Shown here: positions 36,102 through 44,175 of the stretch, one piece after another
Layout: each line of letters begins with the position of its first letter
Position numbering within the stretch: the stretch's first letter is position 1
Assembly: GCA_045114175.1 (NCBI GenBank)
Contig: JBGUJZ010000029.1
Span: forward strand, 24,223-88,222
DNA length: 64,000 nucleotides
Direction of reading: 5' to 3'
DNA from: Bacteroidales bacterium
Lineage (GTDB): Bacteria > Bacteroidota > Bacteroidia > Bacteroidales > UBA932
Made by a program: the position numbers and the translations under genes
The notes under the pieces: model-generated
The model's input: the letters and a program-made list of their open reading frames with translations, nothing else
Database searches by the model: none
Told to the model about the DNA's origin: nothing

Positions 36102-36500
36102 CTATTTGTATCCCTTTTCCTTGGCCTCTACGCTGAGAGTAGCGTGCGGCACCAGGCGGAGACGCTCTTTGGGAATCAGTTTACCGGTGGCGCGGCAGAT
36201 GCCGTAAGTCTTGTTCTCGATGCGGCCCAGTGCAGCCTCGAGGTTCTGGATCAGCTTGTACTGACGGGAAGCCAGTTGGCCGATCTCCTCTTTGGAAAGC
36301 GAGGATGCGCCCTCTTCCAGCACTTTAAAGGTGGGAGAGGTATCCTCGGTGTCATTACTGGTGCTATGGTTAACCATCCCCTTGAGCATGTCATACTCTT
36401 TGCGGGCGGCTTCGAGCTTTTCAAGAATCAGGGCCTTGAACTCCTGGAGTTCCTCATCGCTGTAGCGAACCTTCTCGGCGGTAGTAACTTTCTTTGCCAT
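36102..36500 (-). CDS. DksA/TraR-family regulator
   Basis: 132 aa. Coiled-coil N-terminus and C-terminal YGICRATGKLIPKERLRLVPHATLS, a TraR/DksA-like but Cys-poor finger. Conserved position between ileS and lspA. Confidence 0.8.
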   Translation of the reverse strand: MAKKVTTAEKVRYSDEELQEFKALILEKLEAARKEYDMLKGMVNHSTSNDTEDTSPTFKVLEEGASSLSKEEIGQLASRQYKLIQNLEAALGRIENKTYGICRATGKLIPKERLRLVPHATLSVEAKEKGYK

Positions 36501-36551
36501 AATTCTTTGTCGTTTATTTTTTACAAAGCTAATAATTAATTCTCGAACAAC

Positions 36552-39500
36552 CTATACCCTCGCAACGGAAATCTTGAGGGTGGCTTCGTCCCACTCTACC
36601 TCGGTGCCGTCAAAATCGGCTGCTGGAGCGAACGAGAGCGATTCGGTGAGCGTCTGCTCGCAGAGATATTTTCCGAAGGAGGCAAGCGCCTCTTCAATCT
36701 CCGCAGACTGGGCAATCACCACGCGGATGCGGTCGGTTACCTCGAAACCACTCTCCTTGCGGAGATTCTGGATACGGTTGATCAGCTCGCGGGTGATACC
36801 TTCGCGACGCAGGTCGTCGGTGAGGGTCACGTCGAGGGCAACGGTCAGGCGGCCTTCGGATGCCACGAGCCAGCCCGGCATATCCTCGGAGTGGATCTCG
36901 TAGTCAGCGGTTTCCAATGTCACAGGGCCGGAGGGCAGATCCAGGGTGTACTCCCCTGCCCGCTCAATCGCGCCGATCGTAGGCTGATCCATCGTAGCGA
37001 AAGCAGCTGCAATCTCTTTCATCTGCTTGCCGTAACGCTTGCCGAGGGTCTTGAAGTTGGGCTTGATCTTCTTGGTAATCAGACCGGTGGTATCGTGGAT
37101 AAACTCAGCCTCCTTGACGTTGACTTCCGTCAGGATCAGCTGCTTCACCTTCTCAATCTGCTCCTGCAGCGACGGGTCGATCACCGGGATGATGATCTTG
37201 GCCAGCGGCTGGCGAACCTTGATGTTGACCTTGCGGCGGAGCGCCAAGATCATCGAGGTAGCCTGCTGTGCGAGGGCCATCCGCTCTTCGAGCGCCGTGT
37301 CGATCTCATCTTCGCAGCATTCGAGCATTATCTCAAAGTGCACGGACTCTGCACCCGGGACGAGGTCGCACCAGAGGCGATCCATGTAGAAGGGAGCGAT
37401 AGGAGCCGCAAGTTCAGCAACCGTCTGAAGAGCGATGTAAAGCACCTGGTATGCAACCAACTTGTCTTCCGTAAGGCCACCGCCCCAGAAGCGCTTGCGG
37501 TTCAGGCGGACATACCAGTTGGAGAGGTCGTCGCAGACAAAATCCTGAATGAGACGGCCGGCCGTGGTAATGTCGTAATCGGCATAGGCCGCATCAACCT
37601 TCTTCATGAGGGTGTTCAGCACAGACATCAACCAACGGTCGATCTCTTGCCAGCGTGACCTATCTACCATAGGAATATCGCCCCTGAATCCGTCCACATT
37701 CGCATAGAGCGCGAAGAAGGAGTAGGTATTGTAGAGCGTGCCGAAGAACTTACGCTGGACCTCCGCCACGCCTGCCTCGTCGAACTTCAGGTTGTCCCAA
37801 GGCTGGGCGTTGGTGAGCATATACCAGCGGAGCGCGTCGGCGCCGTAGGTGTCGATAATCTTGAAGGGATCTACCGCGTTGCCCAGGCGCTTGGACATCT
37901 TGTTGCCATCCTTGTCGAGCACCAGGCCGTTGGAAATCACTGTCTTGTAAGCGCAAGTGTCGGAGACCATCGTGTGGACGGCGTGAAGCGTGTAGAACCA
38001 GCCACGGGTCTGGTCAACGCCTTCGGCGATGAAGTCGGCCGTCTGGCCGAAGTTGGGTTTGCCCAGTTCGGCGAGTCCCTCCTGGGCGTACGGCATGGCG
38101 CCGGAATCGAACCAGACATCAATCAGGTCGCTCTCGCGGACCATCTTCTTGCCGTCTTCGGAGACCAGGTAGATGTTGTCCATGTAGGGACGGTGCAGAT
38201 CCACGCGGTCGTAATTCTCTTTGGAGTAGTCGCCCGGGACGAAACCGGCCTTGCGAAGCGGGTTCTCCGGCATGATGCCGGCAGCCACGGAGCGCTCCAG
38301 CTCGTTGTAGAGCTCTTCCAGCGATCCGATGCACTTCTCCTGCTTGCCGTCTTCCGTGCGCCAGATGGGCAGCGGGGTACCCCAGTAGCGGCTGCGCGAA
38401 AGGTTCCAGTCCTGAATGTTCTCGAGCCATTTGCCGAATCGGCCGGTACCGGTGGATTCGGGCTTCCAGTTGATGGTCTTGTTGAGCGCCACCATCCGAT
38501 CCTGCACTGCAGTGGTGCGGATGAACCAGGAATCCAGCGGATAGTAGAGCACCGGCTTGTCGGTACGCCAACAGTGCGGATAGTTGTGCACGTGTTTCTC
38601 AATGCGGAAAGCGATGCCTGCCTGCTTGAGTTCCATGCAGATATCAATATCGAGCGTGGGAGCGTCGGGAGCGAGGGTATCATCGTAGGCGTTCTTCACG
38701 AAGCGGCCTGCGAAGGGGCTGTAGGCAGCCACATCCACCCGTTCTGCCACGAACTTGGGATCGAGATCCTCGATGCGATAGAGTTTACCGGTACGGTCCA
38801 CCATCGCCTGACGGTTGCCCGCCTTGTCGATCACCTGCATCGGCGGAATGCCGGCAGCCTTGGCCACCTTGTCGTCGTCTGCACCAAAGGTGGGCGCGAT
38901 ATGGACGATACCGGTACCGTCTTCCGTGGTGACATAGTCGCCGGGGATGACGCGGAAAGCGTCTCCGTCGGGCTTCATCCAAGGAATCAGCTGTTTGTAG
39001 CGGATGCCGACCAGTGCGGTACCCTTGACGGGCGCACCGGCCACGGTACCCGGATTCTTATCGTTGAAATGGGCTTCCAGCAGCGGCTTTGCCACGATGT
39101 AGCGAGCCGGAGCCTTGGAATAAGGGTTCACGCTGTCCACCGCCACATATTCGATGTTCGGGCCCACGCAGAGTGCCGTGTTGGAAGGCAGGGTCCAGGG
39201 GGTGGTGGTCCAGGCCAGGATGTAAACTGGACGGTCGGCGCCCTCAAAGAGGAACTCGGAAGCGGCGTCGCGGATCACCTCGAACTGCACGGTGACGGTG
39301 GTATCTTTCACGTCACGGTAGCAGCCCGGCTGGTTCAACTCGTGGGAACTCAAGCCCGTGCCGGCAGCCGGCGAATAGGGCTGGATGGAGTAACCCTTAT
39401 AGAGATAACCCTTGTCGTAAATCTTCTTGAGCAGGTACCAGAGCGTCTCGATGTAGTGGTTGTCGTAGGTAATGTAGGGACGGTCGGTATCAACCCAGTA

Positions 39501-39917
39501 ACCGATCTTTTCCGTCAGCGAGACCCACTCGGAGGTATATTTCATCACCTCTTCGCGGCAGGTCTGGTTGTATTCCTCTACCGAGATCTTCTTGCCGATG
39601 TCCTCTTTGGTGATGCCGAGCTTCTTCTCAACACCCAGTTCCACAGGCAGGCCGTGAGTATCCCAGCCGGCACGACGGTCCACGAAGTAGCCCTTCTGCG
39701 TCTTGTAACGGCAGATGGCGTCTTTGATGGAACGTGCCATCACGTGATGGATGCCCGGCATGCCGTTCGCGGAGGGCGGACCCTCGAAAAATACGAATGA
39801 CGGCGCGCCCTGGCGCAGCTTCATCGACGTGCGGAAGGTATCCTTTTCCTTCCATTTGGCGAGGACCTCACGGTTGATGGTCACGAGATCCAGTTTTTTA
39901 TACTCAGGAAAACTCAT
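36552..39917 (-). CDS. ileS: Isoleucine--tRNA ligase (long, type-2 form)
   Basis: 1121 aa. HIGH-type motif PSANGMPGIHH and KMSKS motif (NKMSKRLGN). Class-Ia editing-domain layout. Confidence 0.97.
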   Translation of the reverse strand: MSFPEYKKLDLVTINREVLAKWKEKDTFRTSMKLRQGAPSFVFFEGPPSANGMPGIHHVMARSIKDAICRYKTQKGYFVDRRAGWDTHGLPVELGVEKKLGITKEDIGKKISVEEYNQTCREEVMKYTSEWVSLTEKIGYWVDTDRPYITYDNHYIETLWYLLKKIYDKGYLYKGYSIQPYSPAAGTGLSSHELNQPGCYRDVKDTTVTVQFEVIRDAASEFLFEGADRPVYILAWTTTPWTLPSNTALCVGPNIEYVAVDSVNPYSKAPARYIVAKPLLEAHFNDKNPGTVAGAPVKGTALVGIRYKQLIPWMKPDGDAFRVIPGDYVTTEDGTGIVHIAPTFGADDDKVAKAAGIPPMQVIDKAGNRQAMVDRTGKLYRIEDLDPKFVAERVDVAAYSPFAGRFVKNAYDDTLAPDAPTLDIDICMELKQAGIAFRIEKHVHNYPHCWRTDKPVLYYPLDSWFIRTTAVQDRMVALNKTINWKPESTGTGRFGKWLENIQDWNLSRSRYWGTPLPIWRTEDGKQEKCIGSLEELYNELERSVAAGIMPENPLRKAGFVPGDYSKENYDRVDLHRPYMDNIYLVSEDGKKMVRESDLIDVWFDSGAMPYAQEGLAELGKPNFGQTADFIAEGVDQTRGWFYTLHAVHTMVSDTCAYKTVISNGLVLDKDGNKMSKRLGNAVDPFKIIDTYGADALRWYMLTNAQPWDNLKFDEAGVAEVQRKFFGTLYNTYSFFALYANVDGFRGDIPMVDRSRWQEIDRWLMSVLNTLMKKVDAAYADYDITTAGRLIQDFVCDDLSNWYVRLNRKRFWGGGLTEDKLVAYQVLYIALQTVAELAAPIAPFYMDRLWCDLVPGAESVHFEIMLECCEDEIDTALEERMALAQQATSMILALRRKVNIKVRQPLAKIIIPVIDPSLQEQIEKVKQLILTEVNVKEAEFIHDTTGLITKKIKPNFKTLGKRYGKQMKEIAAAFATMDQPTIGAIERAGEYTLDLPSGPVTLETADYEIHSEDMPGWLVASEGRLTVALDVTLTDDLRREGITRELINRIQNLRKESGFEVTDRIRVVIAQSAEIEEALASFGKYLCEQTLTESLSFAPAADFDGTEVEWDEATLKISVARV

Positions 39918-39954
39918 TTCGGTCGGGTTTCTGGTTTTTGCAAATAATAACTTG

Positions 39955-39962
39955 CAAAGATA
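39955..39962 (-). promoter_or_regulatory. Candidate -7 box TATCTTTG for ileS-dksA-lspA
   Basis: Perfect TAnnTTTG on the minus strand, 37 nt upstream of the ileS ATG. Confidence 0.5.
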
Positions 39963-40161
39963 GTATTTCTCGCGGTAAACACAAGCCGGATGGCCCCCAT
40001 CATGGGGTCATTTTTTGCGATTTTTCATTTTTCTAAAAAAATGACGCTCTTTTTAAAAAAGCACATTTTGACCAAAAACGGCCGCCCGGTCGTAAATTGT
40101 TCCGGTTGGTCATTACCTTCCAAAAAGTGTGTTTTTCTTTGCGGTGAAAACGCTCGAGACC

Positions 40162-40317
40162 ATGCCTAGCGACCGCAACATCCTCCCCCTCGCCGACCTC
40201 CGCGTCACGGCCGACGGACTCGCCCCCGAGATGGGCGCGCTCCGCAAGGGATGCTACGCCCTGTTGCTGATCCTGCTCGCGCTCTTGGTCGCCCTCGCGT
40301 TCGCCTTTTATTTGTAA
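40162..40317 (+). CDS. 51-aa tail-anchored membrane protein; candidate immunity/accessory factor of the bacteriocin locus
   Basis: MPSDRNILPLADLRVTADGLAPEMGALRKG-CYALLLILLALLVALAFAFYL, a single C-terminal TM helix. The stop lies 5 nt before the PCAT ATG. The track starts it at GTG 40129. I prefer the ATG at 40162, which lies 20 nt after a near-consensus -7 box TTTCTTTG (40134..40141). Confidence 0.4.
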   Translation: MPSDRNILPLADLRVTADGLAPEMGALRKGCYALLLILLALLVALAFAFYL

Positions 40318-40322
40318 TAGCC

Positions 40323-42428
40323 ATGAGAACCGCCATCAAACAACACGACCTTTCGGACTGCGGCGCCGCCGCGCTCTGCTCTGTGGCACGCTATTACGGC
40401 CGGGACATTCCCCTGACCGTGATTCGCGAAGCCTCGGGGACGGACCGTGCCGGCACCACGGTCAAAGGGATGCTGGACGCGTGCCGCGCGATAGGGCTCA
40501 CGGGGCAGGCCTACAAGTCGCCCGACCGTGACGTGGAACCGCTGCGCAAACTGCACGTCCCGGCGATTCTCCACATGGTAGAAAAGAATGGCGACCTGCA
40601 CTACGTGGTGCTCTACAAAGCGGGGGCGAAACGGGTCCGCATCATGGACCCGGCCCTGGGTCGTCACCGCACCCTCTCTTACGATGCGCTCCGCAAGCGC
40701 TGGAGCGGCTTCCTGATTGTCATTTCCCCGGATCCCGGCAGTAAAATATCCCAACGTCCCACTCATCGGGACACTTCTTTCTTACAGTACACCCGCCTTA
40801 TTCTTTGCGTCAAAGAGGACTATCTACGGTCCCTGCCGGGATCCTTCTTATGCGTCATAGCAGGCATCACGACGTCGCTCTTCCTGCAGCACATCGTGGA
40901 TGTCGTCCTACCGGGCGGAAATGTCCGGGAACTGGCAGAAGTCTCGATCCTTCTGGCCTTGATCCTGGTCTGTTCCGCCCTTGTCGGTTACGGCAGTTCC
41001 CTCTTCTCGCTCCGGGCCAGCGTCCGGATGGATGGAACGCTGATTCTCAATTATCTAAGGCACCTGTTCAACCTGCCGGTGGGCTTCTTCCAGCGGCGGG
41101 GTGCGGGCGAACTGAATTCCCGCATCACGGATGCCTTCAAAGTCCGCAGCCTCCTCACCGAGGGGCTCACCGGCATCACGACAGGCTTGCTGCTGCTCGT
41201 CGGCTCCTTTGCCCTGATGTTTACCTTCTGGTGGAAACTGGCCCTGATGACGATGGCCTTCGTGCCGCTCTACATCCTGCTCTATCTGGCCGCCAGCCGC
41301 ATCACCCGGAAACGCAACCGGAAGTTGCTGGAGAGCGCCGCCGAATTCGAACGCAGCTCTGTGGAGAACATCTCCGCCATCCGCACCGTCAAATACTTCG
41401 GACGCGGCAATACGGGATACGGTGACCTGCAGCATGCCTTTGCCAACATGAACTGGAATATGTATCGCTCCGGACTGAGTTTGGGCCGGTTTTCACTCTC
41501 AGCTGACCTGCTGGCCAAGCTGATGACCCTCTCGCTCCTTTCGTTAGGCTCATTCTACGTGTTCCGGGGCGATCTTTCCACCGGCGAACTGGTCTCCTTC
41601 TATGCCCTTTCGGCGTGGTTTGCCACCCCGCTGGGCGAGTTGGTGGCCGTCTGCAACCGGATCAACGAATCCAACATCTCGCTGGAGCGACTGCAGGACA
41701 TCACGTTGCTCGAAGGGGAGCCCGAGGGCGGGCTGGAGACCCCGCTGGGTGAATCGTGGGACCTCACTTTCCGCGACGTCACCTTTGGCTATCCGGGCTG
41801 CAACCCGCTGCTGGAGCACTTCAACGCTACCTTCCCAAAGGGCACACTGACCGCCGTCACGGGCGAGAGCGGATGCGGCAAGAGCACGCTGGCCGCGCTG
41901 CTGATGCGGGACTATTCGCTGGCGGGCGGGCATATCCTGCTGGGCCAGACCGACATCGCGCTGATTGACCTGCAGCGCTGGAGAGAATACATATCGATCG
42001 TACCCCAGGATCCGGGGCTGCTGAGCTGCTCCATCCTGGACAACATAACCGGAGGGGATAAGGAGCCCGATTTGCGGAAAGTCGGGGCTATCCTGGAAGA
42101 ATTGCAGATGGGTGGATTCGTCACCTCGCTTCCCATGGGCATCCTGACCCCTGCCGGTGAACACGGAAGTCTGCTTTCGGGCGGACAAAAACAGCGGATT
42201 GCACTGGCGCGAGCCCTCTACAGGGATCCTCAGATCCTGATTCTCGACGAGGCCACGGCCGCACTCGACGAGGTCTCGCAACAGTGCATCCTGCGCAAGG
42301 CGGCCGCACTGCGGAATGAAGGGAAAACCGTCATCATGATCACCCACCGAAGGGACAATATCGCGATTGCGGACAGGGTGTTGGAGATGAGTCACGGAAC
42401 GAATGAAAAAGTGAGTGCGCGCTCATAG
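40323..42428 (+). CDS. Peptidase-C39-containing ABC transporter (PCAT, bacteriocin/double-glycine peptide exporter)
   Basis: I trimmed track ORF 40251..42428 to the ATG at 40323 (MRTAIKQHDLSDCGAAALCSVARYYG). C39 catalytic Cys (SDCG) and His (LHYVVL) are present. Six TM helices, Walker A GESGCGKST, signature LSGGQKQRIALARAL, Walker B ILILDEAT. Confidence 0.9.
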   Translation: MRTAIKQHDLSDCGAAALCSVARYYGRDIPLTVIREASGTDRAGTTVKGMLDACRAIGLTGQAYKSPDRDVEPLRKLHVPAILHMVEKNGDLHYVVLYKAGAKRVRIMDPALGRHRTLSYDALRKRWSGFLIVISPDPGSKISQRPTHRDTSFLQYTRLILCVKEDYLRSLPGSFLCVIAGITTSLFLQHIVDVVLPGGNVRELAEVSILLALILVCSALVGYGSSLFSLRASVRMDGTLILNYLRHLFNLPVGFFQRRGAGELNSRITDAFKVRSLLTEGLTGITTGLLLLVGSFALMFTFWWKLALMTMAFVPLYILLYLAASRITRKRNRKLLESAAEFERSSVENISAIRTVKYFGRGNTGYGDLQHAFANMNWNMYRSGLSLGRFSLSADLLAKLMTLSLLSLGSFYVFRGDLSTGELVSFYALSAWFATPLGELVAVCNRINESNISLERLQDITLLEGEPEGGLETPLGESWDLTFRDVTFGYPGCNPLLEHFNATFPKGTLTAVTGESGCGKSTLAALLMRDYSLAGGHILLGQTDIALIDLQRWREYISIVPQDPGLLSCSILDNITGGDKEPDLRKVGAILEELQMGGFVTSLPMGILTPAGEHGSLLSGGQKQRIALARALYRDPQILILDEATAALDEVSQQCILRKAAALRNEGKTVIMITHRRDNIAIADRVLEMSHGTNEKVSARS

Positions 42429-42483
42429 GGCCGTTTCCGCACGCCCCTCGATAAGTTGCGGGAAACCTAAAATTAGTCGAATT

Positions 42484-42675
42484 ATGGAAGAAAACTTGTT
42501 GCTGGAAACAGGATTGCGGGAGATGGATTCTTCCGAACTCATCCTGCGCGGAGGCGCATCAGGCGTTTGGGCCGATGTCTTTGCCAAAGCAAAATCGTTG
42601 ATCAACTTCATTGCCGATTACATTCCGAAGCTCGTCAAGGGCTTTCTGGATGGATTCGCACTTAAAATCTTTTAG
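42484..42675 (+). CDS. Double-glycine-leader precursor peptide A (63 aa: 24-aa leader, 39-aa core)
   Basis: MEENLLLETGLREMDSSELILRGG|ASGVWADVFAKAKSLINFIADYIPKLVKGFLDGFALKIF. I trimmed the track ORF (42415..42675), which overlaps the PCAT 3' end, to the ATG at 42484. The core is amphipathic, Cys-free and has net charge about +2, with a GxxxG motif (GFLDG). Confidence 0.7.
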   Translation: MEENLLLETGLREMDSSELILRGGASGVWADVFAKAKSLINFIADYIPKLVKGFLDGFALKIF

Positions 42676-42687
42676 GAGGAGCACGCC

Positions 42688-42861
42688 ATGAAACAGAACG
42701 CTCTCTCGCTCGCACTGGTGCCGATGGGCGCCGACGAGCTGTGCGCCGTTCGCGGCGGCGTGGACAAGCAGGCCCAGGAGGCCCTCTGGATGGTGGGCTA
42801 CGTGGTTGGCATCATCGCCAAGGTCTTCACTTCGCTCTTCTCCCTCATCAAAGGCTTTTAA
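42688..42861 (+). CDS. Double-glycine-leader precursor peptide B (57 aa: 24-aa leader, 33-aa core)
   Basis: Absent from the ORF track (<60 aa). MKQNALSLALVPMGADELCAVRGG|VDKQAQEALWMVGYVVGIIAKVFTSLFSLIKGF. The leader fits the E(-8) L(-7) x x V(-4) x G G consensus. The core has GxxxG (GYVVG). AGGAGGA lies 7 nt upstream of the ATG. Confidence 0.7.
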   Translation: MKQNALSLALVPMGADELCAVRGGVDKQAQEALWMVGYVVGIIAKVFTSLFSLIKGF

Positions 42862-42873
42862 GCATTTACTACC

Positions 42874-44175
42874 ATGACACTGGGAATAGTTCTGGCGGTT
42901 CTGGTGACCGCCGTCCCCGAATGGACGCTGGAAGGCTGCATCGAGCGCGGCCTGCAGGAGGGCGTCAGCCTGCAACGCCAGGAGCTGTTGCTCCGTCAGC
43001 GGCGCAGCGACGAGCGCCTGGCCCTGCTGGACGGTCTGCCGGAAATCAGCCTGCGCACGGGGTGCGACTTTGGTTGGGGCCGCACCGTGGATATGCAGGA
43101 ACTTATGATTGTGGACCATCGGCTCAACTTTTCCAACAGCTGGTCCGTGGGGGCCTCCCTCTCTTCCTCCCGCGTGGTTTCCACCCTGTTGGAGCAGCGT
43201 GAAAAACGCTTTCTCCGCCAGGAGGCGGCCGCCGGGCGGGAGGCGATGGAGACCGGACTGAAAATCGCCATTACCGAAGCCTATCTGGAGCTGTTGCTGG
43301 CCGACAAAAACTATGAAAACGCCTGCACCGGTTACGAGAGCATTTTGGCCCAGCGGGAACGGACCGAAAAAGAGGTTCGCTCCGGGCGGCTCTCCTACCG
43401 GTCGCTGGCGGAAATCGAGGCCCAGAGCGCCACGGAAAAGGCTGCAGTGGCCAGCGCCCGCGGAAACCGACGCACCGCCGCCATGAACTTATCCCGTTAC
43501 CTGAATCTGCCGCCGGAGGAGGAGCTTACGGTTGCTCCTCCGGCCGAAGATTCGCTGCCGGAACCCTGGCCGATGCCCTCTACCGGCGATATTGCCCGCT
43601 ACGTGGCCACCCATCCGCGCATCCGGCAGGCGGAAGCCTCGCTGGGGAACGGACAGGTCGGCCTGCGGAAGGAGCGGGCCTCCCTCCTGCCCGATCTGAC
43701 GGTGGCCGGAGGCTACGGCACCTACTACAGCAACGCCAGCCGGGTGACCTGGTACAACCAGCTGACCGGCAACGGCAACCCGTCGCTCGGCGTCACCCTC
43801 ACCATTCCGCTGCCCAGCGGGAACTCTTTCACGCGAATGCGGCAACGCGCCTCCGAGGTTTCGCAACAACAGTGCGAGATTGAGGAACTCCGCCAGGAGC
43901 TTGAATCCGAGATGCTTACCTCGCTGTTGAACGCCATCAACTGTTACGAAAGCTGTCTAGCCGCAGAGGAGAATATGAAAGCGCTGGGTACCGCATTCCG
44001 AGCCAATGAGGCACGCTTTGAAAACGGGGCCATCTCCAGTAGCGAGTACCTGATTTCCCGAACCAACTGGCAGAAGGCGGTCGGGGCCTACTGGCAAGCC
44101 CGCTACCGCTATCTGTTCCAGCTGAAAATCATCAGCCTGCGCAAGATTCCCGTGCAGGAAGGAGGTTCGCAATGA
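42874..44175 (+). CDS. TolC-family outer-membrane efflux protein
   Basis: 433 aa. N-terminal WTLEGCIERGLQEGVSLQ resembles the conserved start of Bacteroidota TolC-like OMPs. Two coiled-coil/beta repeat halves. Confidence 0.85.
   Translation: MTLGIVLAVLVTAVPEWTLEGCIERGLQEGVSLQRQELLLRQRRSDERLALLDGLPEISLRTGCDFGWGRTVDMQELMIVDHRLNFSNSWSVGASLSSSRVVSTLLEQREKRFLRQEAAAGREAMETGLKIAITEAYLELLLADKNYENACTGYESILAQRERTEKEVRSGRLSYRSLAEIEAQSATEKAAVASARGNRRTAAMNLSRYLNLPPEEELTVAPPAEDSLPEPWPMPSTGDIARYVATHPRIRQAEASLGNGQVGLRKERASLLPDLTVAGGYGTYYSNASRVTWYNQLTGNGNPSLGVTLTIPLPSGNSFTRMRQRASEVSQQQCEIEELRQELESEMLTSLLNAINCYESCLAAEENMKALGTAFRANEARFENGAISSSEYLISRTNWQKAVGAYWQARYRYLFQLKIISLRKIPVQEGGSQ

Noticed and set aside
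35378-36136. 252-aa + strand ORF
   Set aside because: It is antisense to lspA and begins inside terminator structures.
37974-39800. 608-aa + strand ORF
   Set aside because: It is antisense to ileS, which carries unmistakable HIGH/KMSKS motifs.
39990-40015. CCCC-ATCAT-GGGG followed by a T-run, resembling a + strand terminator upstream of the bacteriocin operon
   Set aside because: The stem is only 4 bp, and no upstream + strand gene needs terminating. It is too weak to call.
40251-40322. N-terminal extension of the PCAT ORF; similar track extensions occur at 21037..21120, 26519..26665, 32922..32984, 4561..4659, 14210..14272 and 34966..35025
   Set aside because: In each case an internal ATG begins a canonical signal peptide or domain start. 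The extension is Arg/Pro-rich, overlaps a neighbouring gene or promoter box, or begins at a non-ATG codon.
42559-43119. 186-aa minus-strand ORF across peptide B and the TolC start
   Set aside because: It is antisense to three tightly packed + strand genes that have strong motif support. It has no motifs of its own.
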